Origin: Phoronis australis
Lineage: Eukaryota > Animalia > Phoronida
Length of the DNA: 64,000 nucleotides
Reading direction: 5' to 3'
Assembly: GCA_002633005.1 (NCBI GenBank)
Contig: NMRA01000066.1
Location: forward strand, 1 to 64,000
In this document: in pieces, positions 37,731 to 49,480 of the stretch
Position numbering within the stretch: the first letter of the stretch is position 1
Layout: each line of letters starts with the position of its first letter
Notes under the pieces: generated by a model
What the model saw: only the letters and a program-made list of their open reading frames with translations
Databases searched by the model: none
Told to the model about the DNA's origin: nothing
Translations under genes and position numbers: made by a program

Positions 37731-40245
37731 AGGCGTGTGTTCAGTAGGGCAAGTTTATTGAGAGAAAAGTCGGATCAAGCAAGGCTAGTTTGCAGTGTAT
37801 TTTTAAGGGAAGCACTTGATTGTGTAAAGATTTGCTGAACACTTAGGCAACCAAGCACATGCTAATGATTGACAGGTCTTCTTCAGTACTGAATACTTTG
37901 AACTTAGTTAAGGTAGGTGGATACACAAAAAAATTAATTTTGACTGTTTTTTACATTTTCATATCATCCTAATCTTTAATTCTTGATGCACAGTATACTG
38001 AAGAAAAATAAAATCATTCTGAAAATCCAAAGTTGTTTTTTAGCTATATTTGACCAAACCTCAGTAAGTCATATGGCTTGAGTGCTCACCAGCTCAGTGA
38101 TTGACAACTGGGGCGGAGCTTATATACAAGGACACTAGCTCTAATCTAACCCTGTCAACAAGCATTGCGTAACCGGGCAATCGAGAGTGATGTACCAGCT
38201 GATATTGGTGTTGTAGCAAGACCAAGAATAAAACAATTCTATTTTTGACCATGTGAAAGTTAGTAGTGAAATGGTGAACTAGCTCCTGTTCCGAGCCTGA
38301 GCCTGTTTGTCTATCTGCAAAAGAATTAAGTTGAGTACGCCAAGCCCTACCGAAGCCATCAGTGCACTCAGCTTGAGGAGTCCGTGCAGAAATTGTGCAT
38401 GTATAAGAGAAGTCGGTAATATGAGGTCAGTTGTCTTGCGAGAGAACGCTGAGTGTCGACGTGGGTGGTGTTGCACGATTCGGTGAGAGTGCATGCACGC
38501 GCTGTGAAGACAAGCCGCGCGCGCGACACATGGACAACTACATGCCGTCAGACTAGAGTATTCGCAGATAAACCGTGCTTCTGTGCTGGGAACGTGCCAA
38601 GAAGAAACTAGGCTGTCAAACCCAGAGGATTTTTAACTTGCCACTGACCGTAACCCAAAGAATTGGAGAAATGACCCAGTGTTCAACATAACAAAAATTT
38701 TTCTAGTGCATAGATTCAAACGTAACCCTGAATTAAAACTCATGATATTATACGATTTTAGAGGAAAGCAATATAAGAAACTTTTAAGTTAAAAGTAACT
38801 TGAGAATCTCACCCACGCGGCGCTATTTGCGCAGAAAGTGATATTTTCTTATCCCAAAGTCCATTCGGTACAGGCACGNNNNNNNNNNNNNNNNNNNNNN
38901 NNNNNNNNNNNNNNNNNNNNNNNNNNNNNNNNNNNNNNNNNNNNNNNNNNNNNNNNNNNNNNNNNNNNNNNNNNNNNNNNNNNNNNNNNNNNNNNNNNNN
39001 NNNNNNNNNNNNNNNNNNNNNNNNNNNNNNNNNNNNNNNNNNNNNNNNNNNNNNNNNNNNNNNNNNNNNNNNNNNNNNNNNNNNNNNNNNNNNNNNNNNN
39101 NNNNNNNNNNNNNNNNNNNNNNNNNNNNNNNNNNNNNNNNNNNNNNNNNNNNNNNNNNNNNNNNNNNNNNNNNNNNNNNNNNNNNNNNNNNNNNNNNNNN
39201 NNNNNTTCACGATTTTGGGAACTGAAATAGGGACTGCTCGAAGAAAAAGTTTCATAACGGGAGTATTTGTTCGAGTTGGAAGGAATTAAACACATCGACA
39301 ACCTCATAAGGTGTTCCTCTATGCGCAAAAGGTATTTGTAACAACGTGACTTTGATGGTTTAGTCGGTGCGAGGCATAATTCGCCGAAAAGCTTCCGGCG
39401 TACAGAGCGCCTATAGCCTCTACATCGCCTCTGCTTCGGGCCAACAGAGGCGATGGTCATTGCCTAACCGACTGTAGGCCTACAGGTATATGCACTTAAC
39501 GACCTGAAGGCTGGAAGCGAATAGCTGGTCAGTTATTTCAGGATCCCAAGGCTCCACACAATAATACTCTATGACTTACGTTCTCTCATACACCGCAAGA
39601 CATGTTAGTTGTTTTACAACAGTGATTAGCACAGGACACAACACGCTTTTGCCATTTTACCGGAAACGGTACATTATACATAGACGGCATCTGCCGGCAG
39701 ATGACGACACCCGGAACGGCTGGCCCAAGACGGCGGCCGATGGATAACCCTTACCTGAGAGTGGGCTGCGTATACTGGATGTCCCGCAGAGCGATGCTTA
39801 ATCCTAATGAAAGGTCTATGTTATGGAACAAAATTCTCCTAAAGGATGTGAGAAATTCCATCCAATTTGCCAGTCCGTGCCTTTCACCGGAAACTTTCGT
39901 CATGCCAACTTCTTGAGCGCATCCGCGAATGCGGAGCGGACAATTACTAGTATTCGGAAACAATAGGCTAAGCCTGTATCTACCTCGGTCATTTTCATTT
40001 TATCATACATTTGTAGACCGATTTGTGTTCATTTTAATGTGGCAAAAATTAAGGAACAAGGTCTAAAACCTACGAGGCTACCATGATGCGCATGACGGGG
40101 GGGGGGGTATTGAGTAGGGGAACGAGATCGTTCAACTTTGTTATGGCAAGATGTTGAAATGCGTACACTTTCAGAGTGTGATTTATGAACTTCCGAATAC
40201 CACGTTGTAAACAATATTAGGGCGGAGACAACTTTGGACAATAAC

Positions 40246-40410
40246 AGTCGTGACTGGTACATGTGTTCAGGTTGCAAAAATGGTCCAGTGGAGTGAGCAC
40301 GGCACTTTTCGGTCCCTCCCTCGTCACCAATAGTCGTGACTGGTACGTGTGTCCAAGTTGTAAAAATGGTCCAGTGAGCATGAAAGCACTTCGGTTCCTC
40401 CTCGTCCCTA
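40246..40410 (+). repeat. Two-copy tandem repeat, 86-bp period
   Basis: AGTCGTGACTGGTAC..TGTGT..GTTG.AAAAATGGTCCAGTG..GCACTT..CGGT..CTCGTC starting at 40246 and 40332. Confidence 0.8.
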
Positions 40411-42628
40411 AATACCCTGGCACGTAGCCATAATGAAAACGTACTACATCGATCATGTCAATTAACTAATTCCTATCAGGAAATGCATATTTTTACTAAA
40501 AAAAGAGTTTATCAACCTACGATAAACAACCACTCCCACAGGAAACTCGCCTTAGTTCACATTTCAGTTAACTAGTTTTTCCGTTCCATTATAGTTGGCC
40601 CAATCCTTGGCTGCTGCAAGGGTTACAATAATATCGCAAATCAGCGAATAAATTTATAAGATTTTTTTAGATTGCAAGTTTTGAGTGATTTAGTAATTTA
40701 CAGTGCCGTCGCCCACAGGCCCTAATGGATAACAGAATGCTTCGTGGTTTAGAGGAGTATCAATTAGGATACAACATCTTATTCTGAATTCTAGTAACAA
40801 AAATCGTCTCATAACTAATGGTTCTAATTACCGTACGATTCGAATGACCAGAATTGCACTGCAATGTTCTAGGCTATTACTCCTGTGTTTTTAAAGACTG
40901 TGAGCAATGACTACTACATATACTAAACACACTTGGCCTCTCTATTTCGGTTTTGTTTTAGGTGAGGTCGTAAGTCCGATCCGTACAGTCAGCCATAGCT
41001 TTGATTTTGATTGGTTCACAGTTCATTAATGTGACTCGATAGTGGTGACCTTCGCTTGTTTGATTACGAAAATTATCAAGCTAACACGAAGTTTGCGTTT
41101 AGGTGCTGAGCGCAACAATTTAACGTGCCTTCGACAGTCTTAGTTATGACCGAGCCTTGTGACACATTTTTTAACTCAACATCGCAAAAGGGTGAACTTA
41201 CAAACACCGTATGTGAACGTCGAGAAGTACGGCTTTGGGTGCACTTTGGAGGCACGCACTGGAAAAAGTGTGCAGCCAGCATGTCAATGGGGTGTGCTAT
41301 TATGGGAACAACGTAGCCTATTTTCCTGACATCAAACCATAAAACCCCTTGTGTAAATGATCTTTCACATCTAACGATAGTTTAAATATGACAACTTATT
41401 CGTTGCGCTAACTTTGTCTGTCCTTTTTAGTCATTGATATTTTGTCCCCCTGCGAGTCAGTGATCGTCGTGCAGTTAGGTGCGTCGACCGCGGGCTAAGT
41501 TTCGTACGCCTGTGTAAGTTGCCTTTCTCTTCAAATGAAGATCGATGGTGATAAAAAACGACGAATTTTGTCGAGTCAAGGCGGCGACATAATCCTTGTG
41601 TTAGTCTTGTCTGTCGTTTTTTGTTTGATTTGTTTGATATTTTGCCCGTAACTCAGTAGTTTAGATCTTCCTGACGGTCTGGTTTGCTGTTGTTTGTGTC
41701 GATCACAGACATTCAAAATGAGTTGACCAGTTGACATATACTGTAAGTGCTATGTTAGAATCTAAATCCAAGGTATACTATTCTCGTGACAATTAAGTTA
41801 AACACGGGTGTCTTCCGACACAATTTCAACTTAAAATTTGAATGTGCCGATGTCGCAGAGTATGCTCATAAAGTTTTTTTTTCTCCGTAGAAATCATGGT
41901 GAAACCAAGAAAGAAACCTGGTGGAAATAATTAAATCATTTGGAATTTCACGGGCAAATTTTGCGACATAATTTCTCCAATTTTCGACCGCAAGAAATAA
42001 CGTCGGATTAATTTGAATTCTGCCGTATTAGCAATTTCGTTGATTGATTATACATTTTACTCATCAACAATAAACATCGACTCCGAGACAATCAATAGTG
42101 TGTTCCATGAAAGATCGACGGTTTTACCCTTCAGTTTCACTTTAATCTGATTTCTCTTGTTCGAACATATACGCCGCTAATCAATCCAAATGTTGTTTCT
42201 ACATTTTCTTAAACTTCCACTTCGCTGTACATTTCATTGAACTCTTCCTTCTCTAAAGTTTCTTCAAATTCGCTGTTGGCTTTCGCTGTAAAACGTCCGT
42301 CCACCGCAAGGTATTATGCTTTTCTGACCCAAGTGCGAAACGTCTCGAGTCATTCTTTTTTATCATGCTGCGCGTGAGCCTTTCGCTTCGTAAGATGTGT
42401 AACGCCCCCTTGCGCCCAGACCTAATCCCGTTAGTTCTCTGCGGGTACACGCATTCTTCCAGGATGTCGCCGACGAATCTCCATTCATTGCCAACCTGTC
42501 CCGCACCGCACGCAGGGACCCTGGCTGTACTTTAATTGGTTCATTAGACCCCTAGGTGGTCCCCATCCAGACCGCGCTGCTGACTTCGGCGACGCTAGGC
42601 TATCGTGGCACAGCGACTCGTAGGACAT

Positions 42629-42788
42629 CAGTGGCGGATTTAGAGGGGGGGGCAAGGGGACCATGCCCCCCGTAAAATTTTTCCAGATTCTATTTTGCAG
42701 TTCGGGGGTGCGAATGTCTGAAGGGCAAAATCCTGGCTAATACTCTGCCCTGCCCCCCCCCCAACTCAAAATCCTCAGTCCGCCCCTG
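42629..42788. mobile_element. hAT-like MITE (CAG...CTG ends), 5-bp TSD GACAT/GATAT
   Basis: Closely related copy at 51232-51394; TIR CAGTGGCGGA / TCCGCCCCTG. Confidence 0.75.
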
Positions 42789-43297
42789 GATATTATATGC
42801 AAGTGGAAGTGTCGAGATATGTGTCGTAGAATTTCATTTTTGTTGTCTTAATAGGTGTAATTTTGAAATTCTGTGATTTGAAATCTGCACCGTAAGGTAA
42901 GTTTCCTGTCGCAACGAACTGTACAACTTGACGATGATGTCATCTGCGTCGATTAGTACGAACGCCACCTGATGGGGTCATACGATGGTAATTGGGGTAA
43001 TTAGTCAAGGTCACGAGTAAACGAAGAGATGATACGTTTGTGTTTATCAATGAATCATACATTTAACATGTTCCAAGTCATTTGGCCGTTTTACACTGTC
43101 TTTAAAAGAAACGGCCCCTGCTGTGTCGTGGAAAGTGGTGCTGGGGACTGTTAAGTCTTCCCTTTCTAAAAACAATGTTAAACGAAATGTTTAAGATTGC
43201 TTGTTCAGGCCAATGAGCACGAGTACATATTTACCGCCTTCCTTTCATAGGCAAGACCAACAAAAAGGTAGTCAACCTAACTTCAGTTACACCAAAA

Positions 43298-43388
43298 TGA
43301 TCACGTGATTACATCCCATCTCATAAATCATCGCGCGTACTAAAGTCGCTGTCATTTAGAGACAGTTTGCTGAGCGATACTGACAACG
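43298..43388 (+). promoter_or_regulatory. Candidate core promoter of the cystine-knot gene
   Basis: E-box palindrome ATCACGTGAT near 43300; TATA-like CATAAAT at 43322; Inr-like TCATT 30 nt later at 43352; ATG at 43389. Confidence 0.45.
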
Positions 43389-46300
43389 ATGAAGTGCACA
43401 TTTTTGGTAAGAATTTCATGTTGTTGTTTTTTAATATTTTGTAATCCTCGTACGTGAGCATTTATAATAAATGTTTTTGATAAAATTTGTAAACATATCA
43501 GAAAATTTCGGCTCTACAGTTAACCCACCAATTTAGTACCATTAATCGAGGTACATCTCAAAATGTTGAAATTTATACTCTAAAATGTTGACGTTTTATC
43601 CCAGTTTTTGTAAGTTTACAAATTGAAGCTAATTGTCATTCAACTGTTGTGGGCATTTTTGGCATACAACCAGCAATTAAAAAATTCTACTTGAGAACTG
43701 TTTACGAAATTATTTTTAATTTGAAAAATTTGACGTTATGTTGAAAGAGCATTATTTGGGAAGTTTTGAGGAAATTGGTTTCCGACAGTTTTTAAGACAG
43801 AGAAAGCGGTATCAAGTATTACGCTTTGGTAGAATCTGGCTTTCTCAAAGTCCTCCTTAACACTCAGAAATACACGATGTATGAGCTAACCGATACTCGT
43901 CGTGCAAACGAAGGGATTCAACATAAATACGTGAACATAACATACATGTACATTTAATCGTGGTCATTCTTATAAGTTTTCTTCACTTTTGTAATGAATA
44001 TCGAGCAGCTGCTGCATTGTGTCAAAAAATTGTGAACTTTGACTAAATAGATTTTTTTTCAGGTATTGATTATCATTCATAAACAAGTACAAAAACAAAC
44101 AAACAAACAAATAAGTTCAGCCATTCATTCACGAATGCGCACCTCAGGAGAGACCATTCTCGTATCTCGTATAAAGTAAACAACTGCTACATGGAGTTAA
44201 GGTGAACAACAAAATTTTCCCATTTCGCAGAGACGCTGTCATATACACAATTTTTATATGCAATTAATTTAAATAGAATTGGTATCAACTTGTCCCTTCT
44301 TGCGGTGAGAAGTGATGTCTGGACATGTACATAACTGATAGTTCATCATATTCCTTGAGACCAAGCTTGGCGCGTAAAATGACACGCTGTAACAAGCCAA
44401 CTTGTATAGCCTGGTCGTAAGTGAAAAGCAGACGATCAGTTCTTTGGAAGCCTGATATCACCCCTAATTTCACTAAGGAAAGTTTAAGGCCAATTTCATA
44501 ACGAAAAGTAGGCCTAGTCTAAATCATAAACTGGTTTTTGGTGATAGAAAGCAGGTTTTAGCCACTTTAAAAGTTCGACTCCAAACGTGTATTACTCAAC
44601 TCAAAAGATTTCCTTCTTGTCTGTTTTTCAGTTCTTCCTGTTGCTCTACATCGCTATCTTAAGAGAAGGTGAACAAGCGGCATCCCCATGTGACCCGCAG
44701 ACAACTAACTCGGCTTCGATGGAAAGCGAGATGACACCTGGAAATCACCAAACGATTCAGCCGTCGTTCATTTCCCTTGCACCTACTCCGGCCGTGACAG
44801 AAATGTCGACTTCCGTGGAATGCCCAACTACTCAGCCACCCACGATTTCTCCCCCACCCACTCCGACCGCGGATCAGAAGACAACTGGAAGTGACTGCCC
44901 GACAACTCAGCCGCCGACGATGCCGCCTACGCGACCGATCCCAACTACGTCTGCGCCCCCTGGAGGTGGTGGCTCAAAGGAATTGAAACTCAAGAAATGC
45001 AAACCACCCAAGAAAAAGAACGGTGCCAAGGACAATTCGCTATGGATTTTTGGAAGAAATGTTACGATCTTAAACCTAACATACAAACTTCTCAATGCGA
45101 AACTGACGGGTGAGTGTAAAATTTCACATGCGTTGTTACACTTGACCCTGCCAAGTAAGCAGTGTCTGTCTGCTCACATCATGGGCATCAATGTCTTGAA
45201 AAAGTAATGATGCTTCTGAAAATTTTGTAATCAACATTTGTTTACTGCAATTTGCGGCGTGTCTATTTAGAAATCCACAAACAAGACAGATGAAACTCCA
45301 TAACGTACGTTATCCGTAGATCTATGAGGTTTGCAACAGAATTGTGAGTAGTACTGAAAAGCGAAAACCAGAAAATCAAAGATCTGAAGTATTTATTCAA
45401 AATGAATCACAATTCAAAATGCAATTAAAATCCAAAGAGCAGCAACGTCATATTTATGAACACAAAGCGGTAGGAATCTCCGTCTCAGAAGGGCCCCCTC
45501 CCAAAGGGTCAAAATGTAAAAGGGGTAGAAAACAGAGTTGGGTTCACCAGGGAGGTCTCTGTTGAAACGAAATTCGTACTACACCATAAATACAGCACAT
45601 TACTGACCGAAACAGACAGACATAAAACTACAAAAAATTGGCAAATTTGATCTAAAAAGGACAATAAATGTACGGAGAACAAGAAGAGGTGGTTACTTTT
45701 CCACCGCAATTCGTCCATGATGACTTTCGTACGACATGTGGCTTGTTTTATGACACTGCTTGCGCCATCTTTAGGCACCATAACTCCTACACCTTTCATA
45801 TCAACAAACGGTTTCACTAAAGCCTTCAGTTAACTACATACACCTACATGTATTTCGTACATACAACATTTGGGTCAAACTTCGACTTTCATACACATTC
45901 CACTTTTTACCTCGATACACACTCTGAGTCGCATATTAACCAATCTCCAGTGCTGCAGTGGTAAATAAGAGGTAAGTAGGCGCCCAAAGCCCACCGTGCC
46001 ACCTTGAGCATTGAACGTAACTTCGGGTGCGTAGGCGCTACGTTCAAATGCCAAAAGGTGGTTGGCTGCGCGTACGTCGCCAACGCCCCACTACAGCACT
46101 GCCAATCTCATACCAAAAATTAATGTTTTGACACGACTTTAAGAGCTGAAATTCGACACTGAGTCAGTCATTGCATTTCTTCTATAAAAGTGATTACGGA
46201 ACAAGAAATTGCGAAATTCTCTTGGGCCGGTTACGTCACTTGCGTAGTTTTGCAGAAACTGTTAAAGTATATCACCAAAAACATTTGCACTTTTGAATTG

Positions 46301-46467
46301 TTTGCTTTTTCAGGGCTGATTGCGTTGACATTGGAAGAGATGGGAAGCTCTACCGTGGCAAATGTAAACAGGAAAACAAAAAGGAATTACGCCATGTTCG
46401 ATGCAAGGGTTGCCCTTGGATAAAGGCTGAAGTGGAGTACCCGGTGTGCACCTGTAACCCATTGTAA
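43389..46467 (+). CDS. Secreted neurotrophin/Spaetzle-like cystine-knot protein with a Pro/Thr-rich pro-region; needs a -1 frame change near 44920-44945 (assembly indel, null allele or exitron splicing)
   Basis: Exons 43389-43406 (MKCTFL|GTAAGA), 44632-45109 and 46314-46467. Signal peptide MKCTFLFFLLLYIAILREGEQA; CPTTQPPT x2 stalk; then in the -1 frame DPNYVCAPWRWWLKG..ERCQGQFAMDFWKKCYDLKPNIQTSQCETDG|ADCVDIGRDGKLYRGKCKQENKKELRHVRCKGCPWIKAEVEYPVCTCNPL*. The phase-2 splice keeps the Cys-rich frame open to TAA. Confidence 0.72.
45948..46101. mobile_element. hAT MITE with perfect 8-bp TSD CCAATCTC
   Basis: TIR CAGTGCTGCAGTGG / CCACTACAGCACTG; CCAATCTC at 45940-45947 and 46102-46109. Confidence 0.88.
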
Positions 46468-47239
46468 ATGGGCTCGGAACTGTCTTGACCCTTACTTGCT
46501 ACTTTATGAATTTCCCTAATGGCTTTTATCATATGACGTTACCATTGATTTATCTCTTGATCACCCGCATCCGTGAGCTGCAAAAAGGCTTTGGGCTTTG
46601 GTGTAGGCCTGCATGTTAGAATCGGTGGCCCTTCTTGAGAAGGATTGATCAGGTTTCATCTCGATGGGTATTTTGTCACTGTGTATAGACGGATTCAGGG
46701 GATGAGTCACAAGGTGTGCAAAATAGCCATCTGCATGCAGTTTTTCAAAGATATGTGGACATTTCTTCGAAAATTGTGGTTGAGCCCTCTTAGAACAACT
46801 AAAGATTCTCTCCAGTTGTATATTATCTCGAGTATAATAGGTCTACCAGAGATTGGTCCATGGATAATGTCAGGTACATAAACGAAAATTGTAACTGTAT
46901 TGACGATCGGGAGGTATTATTATTTGAATAGAGATTTTCATCATTGTTACTGTTTGAGGTACGCCAAATCTGCGTGGTTCTAGACTCGTGGCACTGCTAC
47001 AAATCAGACCGACCTCATAAATCTGTTGGTGAATTCACTTCAAACTTGTTTGAAATGAAATTCTATAATTCTTGACATTGATGGAAATTAGTACTGTAAT
47101 CCCTGGACAGTTTTTTAATTTAGTATGAATAAATGCTTGCTGTTACAAGGGCTACTATTATTACAACTGCTGCTGTTGCCGCTAACATCGCTGCTCATAC
47201 CCCGTTCATAAGCTAGCTGAAACGCTAGCTCTTTCGCTA

Positions 47240-47456
47240 GTACTGTGAATATCCGTAGATAAGCCCATGGGCGTGTATTCGGGAAAACGAAAATGTTCAG
47301 GCTTTTAGTATCACCTAAAAACGCCCGAATAAACGCCCCATTATCTGGGCATTTGACACCAGAAGTTGTAACACCAAATGAACGTCCATGGGTGTATTCG
47401 GCATAATTTTCCGAATAAACGTCCATGGGCGTTTCATCGTGTGGGCTTTTACGGTT
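47240..47456. mobile_element. MITE with TAC(C/T)GT-type ends (Tc1/pogo-like)
   Basis: TACTGTGAA..AAGCCCATGGGCGT left end; GTCCATGGGCG..GGGCTTTTACGGT right end; internal CCATGGG repeats; a related end lies at about 37397. Confidence 0.4.
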
Positions 47457-47843
47457 TTAGGTTACGGTTTCGATTATTACTTTTATACTAGATTCACAAG
47501 AGTGGCAAAAACGCAAGTAGTCTCGCTGGCTTTGAAAACGCTAGCGTTGCCACAAAGAAGTGTGTCCGTGTAGAAGAAAAATTTCGCCAGCAGTTAGTTT
47601 TGTTTCCCCACCACCCGAGTCGTTTCTATGGGCAAGTTCGATGTCAAAAGACACCCACTCTCACGTGATGATAGAGCAAGGGCCTCTTACACCTGCGCAC
47701 GTGTGTCTTTTGAAATAAGAGGTCTGGCTACAAAGTGCCAACGAAAGTCCCGTTTAGACATCAACTTATTGCCCGGCGCAACTGACATGGAGCAAATTGA
47801 CCCGTGTCAAGCGGCCGTTTACACACACAACTCACTGGCAAGA

Positions 47844-48466
47844 CGGAAATTGCGGCCGGAGAGACTGGATCGCACATGCGCAGGTTTACAAATGACGAGA
47901 GTTGCAGAGACAAAGAACTAGTACGTAGGTCATTAGGCAAGCGTGAGTAGAGATGATCCTTTCAGCCTTGCCCCAGTTTCGCGTTTAGACATAAGTGCCG
48001 TTTACACTTACAAAGTTTAGTGACACGGATCAGCTGACACGGAACAAGTTGTTCCAGTGTGTAAACGGACTGACACGACGCAAATTGACAACGCGCCAAC
48101 ACATTTTTGCCACCCGTTTGTGAGGTAGAGTAATTTGCGCCCGAACATCTTGCGCCGTGTCAATTATAAGTCTAAACGCGAAACTGGAGTAAGGCGGAAA
48201 GGATCATCTCTACTGCGCTTGTGCAATGACCTACGTACGGGTTCTTTGTCTCTGCAACTCTCGTCAATTGTAAACCTGCGCATGTGCGATCCAGTTTCTC
48301 CAGCCTTTAATTTCCGACTATTGACACGGAGCAAGATGTTCGGGCGCAAATTGCTTTACCTTACACCGCGTTGTCAATTTGCTCCGTGTCAGTTCCGTTT
48401 ACACACTGGAACAACTCGTTCCGTGTCAGCTGACCCTTGTCAACTCATTGAAGTATAAACGGCACT
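47844..48466. repeat. Interleaved inverted repeats A-B-A'-B' made of Harbinger-like MITE sequence
   Basis: A 47844-47990 pairs with A' 48170-48316; B 47994-48164 pairs with B' 48320-48466; B ends AGTGCCGTTTACAC / GTATAAACGGCACT. Confidence 0.85.
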
Positions 48467-49334
48467 GAAAATGCCTGCAAAAGTGACCCTTTGGCGACCG
48501 TTCACGTTCAGGCGTTTTTGATGCTAGCGAAAGCAAAAATGCAAACGTTTTAGCCAACATGAGAACCGGGAATTACTGGTGCTTTTGCTGACGGTTTGAC
48601 CTATACCAACAACAACAATGTTACAGCCAGAGCGCATACGCAGGTGTGCTCCGCGTGGTCATCATTTTGCGTATATTTGTAATGGCGGTACAAGCAAACG
48701 AAAGCGCCCTAGGGGGAGCAATACTTGCGGTAATCGGTTAAAGAAGTAAAATCGACAACGAAACCAATGACACCAAGGACAATGGCAATCTCCAATCCCT
48801 CACAGGGGACTGCATAATTCAGAGAAATGCGAGGAAAAACAGCATTTACCTTGGAATGAGTAGATGCCACATCGTGTCGTCTATTACCGAGAATGAAAAT
48901 GAGGCCTAAGGTCAAGATTAACTTTATTGGAGTCCAGTTTGGGGAAAGTTCATTTATTAAGAACATGCTTTGAAATGAGACTCTTCGAAAGAGAGGTCAG
49001 CGGATCTCAAGGTTCCTTGTACACTACCTTAGAGCCTGCACTAAAATTCTTTGTTGAAAATGGGTTTCCGAGTTTCTAGTGGCTACAGTCAGAGGACACG
49101 TAAATGACTTTGAACAGAATTTATTTGTGTTAACGTAAATTCTAGTTCATTCCAGTGGTAGCCTGTTACAGTTTGTGATTTAAAGTTGCATCCTAAAACC
49201 CACAGAAATCTTAATTTATGATGGCCAATACAATGACGAACTTTGAACACCTTAATCCACCAAACACGTATATATACTGCGCATCACGCTCCTCTAATAT
49301 CGACACAGCGAGTTTCCTTTGAACAAATCCTTTA

Positions 49335-49480
49335 CATGGGCGGCGTAGCACTGTAATAAGTGGGGGCTATAGCCCTCCCCCCAAATCCCCTATGGTGCAC
49401 CGCCCTGTCATCATGGGCTGACTGAAATAATTAGGTGTAGGGCTATACCATCCACAGCCCCCTGTGGTGCGCCACCCATG
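49335..49480. mobile_element. Dimeric MITE of the CATGGGCGGCG family, 5-bp TSD CTTTA
   Basis: Two adjacent ~70-bp units; CTTTA at 49330-49334 and 49481-49485. Confidence 0.7.

Noticed and set aside
40246-40410. DWYxCxxCKNG zinc-finger-like peptide repeated twice
   Set aside because: The 86-bp period breaks frame, a stop follows the first unit, and the second Cys pair is missing.
41076-41282. Cys-containing minus-strand ORF as a second cystine-knot tail
   Set aside because: Cys spacing does not fit (no CxC), and no signal peptide or partner exons were found.
42220-42530. GC-rich coding-looking segment on the minus strand
   Set aside because: Protein-like pieces lie in different frames with stops and match no family I recognise.
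44632-44894. Selenocysteine read-through of TGA codons to open the -1 frame from the exon start
   Set aside because: That frame also contains TAA, and the signal peptide and synonymous repeat changes support frame 0 here.
44587-45207. 206-aa single-exon mucin-like ORF as a standalone gene
   Set aside because: Starts at a non-ATG codon upstream of a strong acceptor and reads through the donor at 45110; better explained as exon 2 of the spliced gene.
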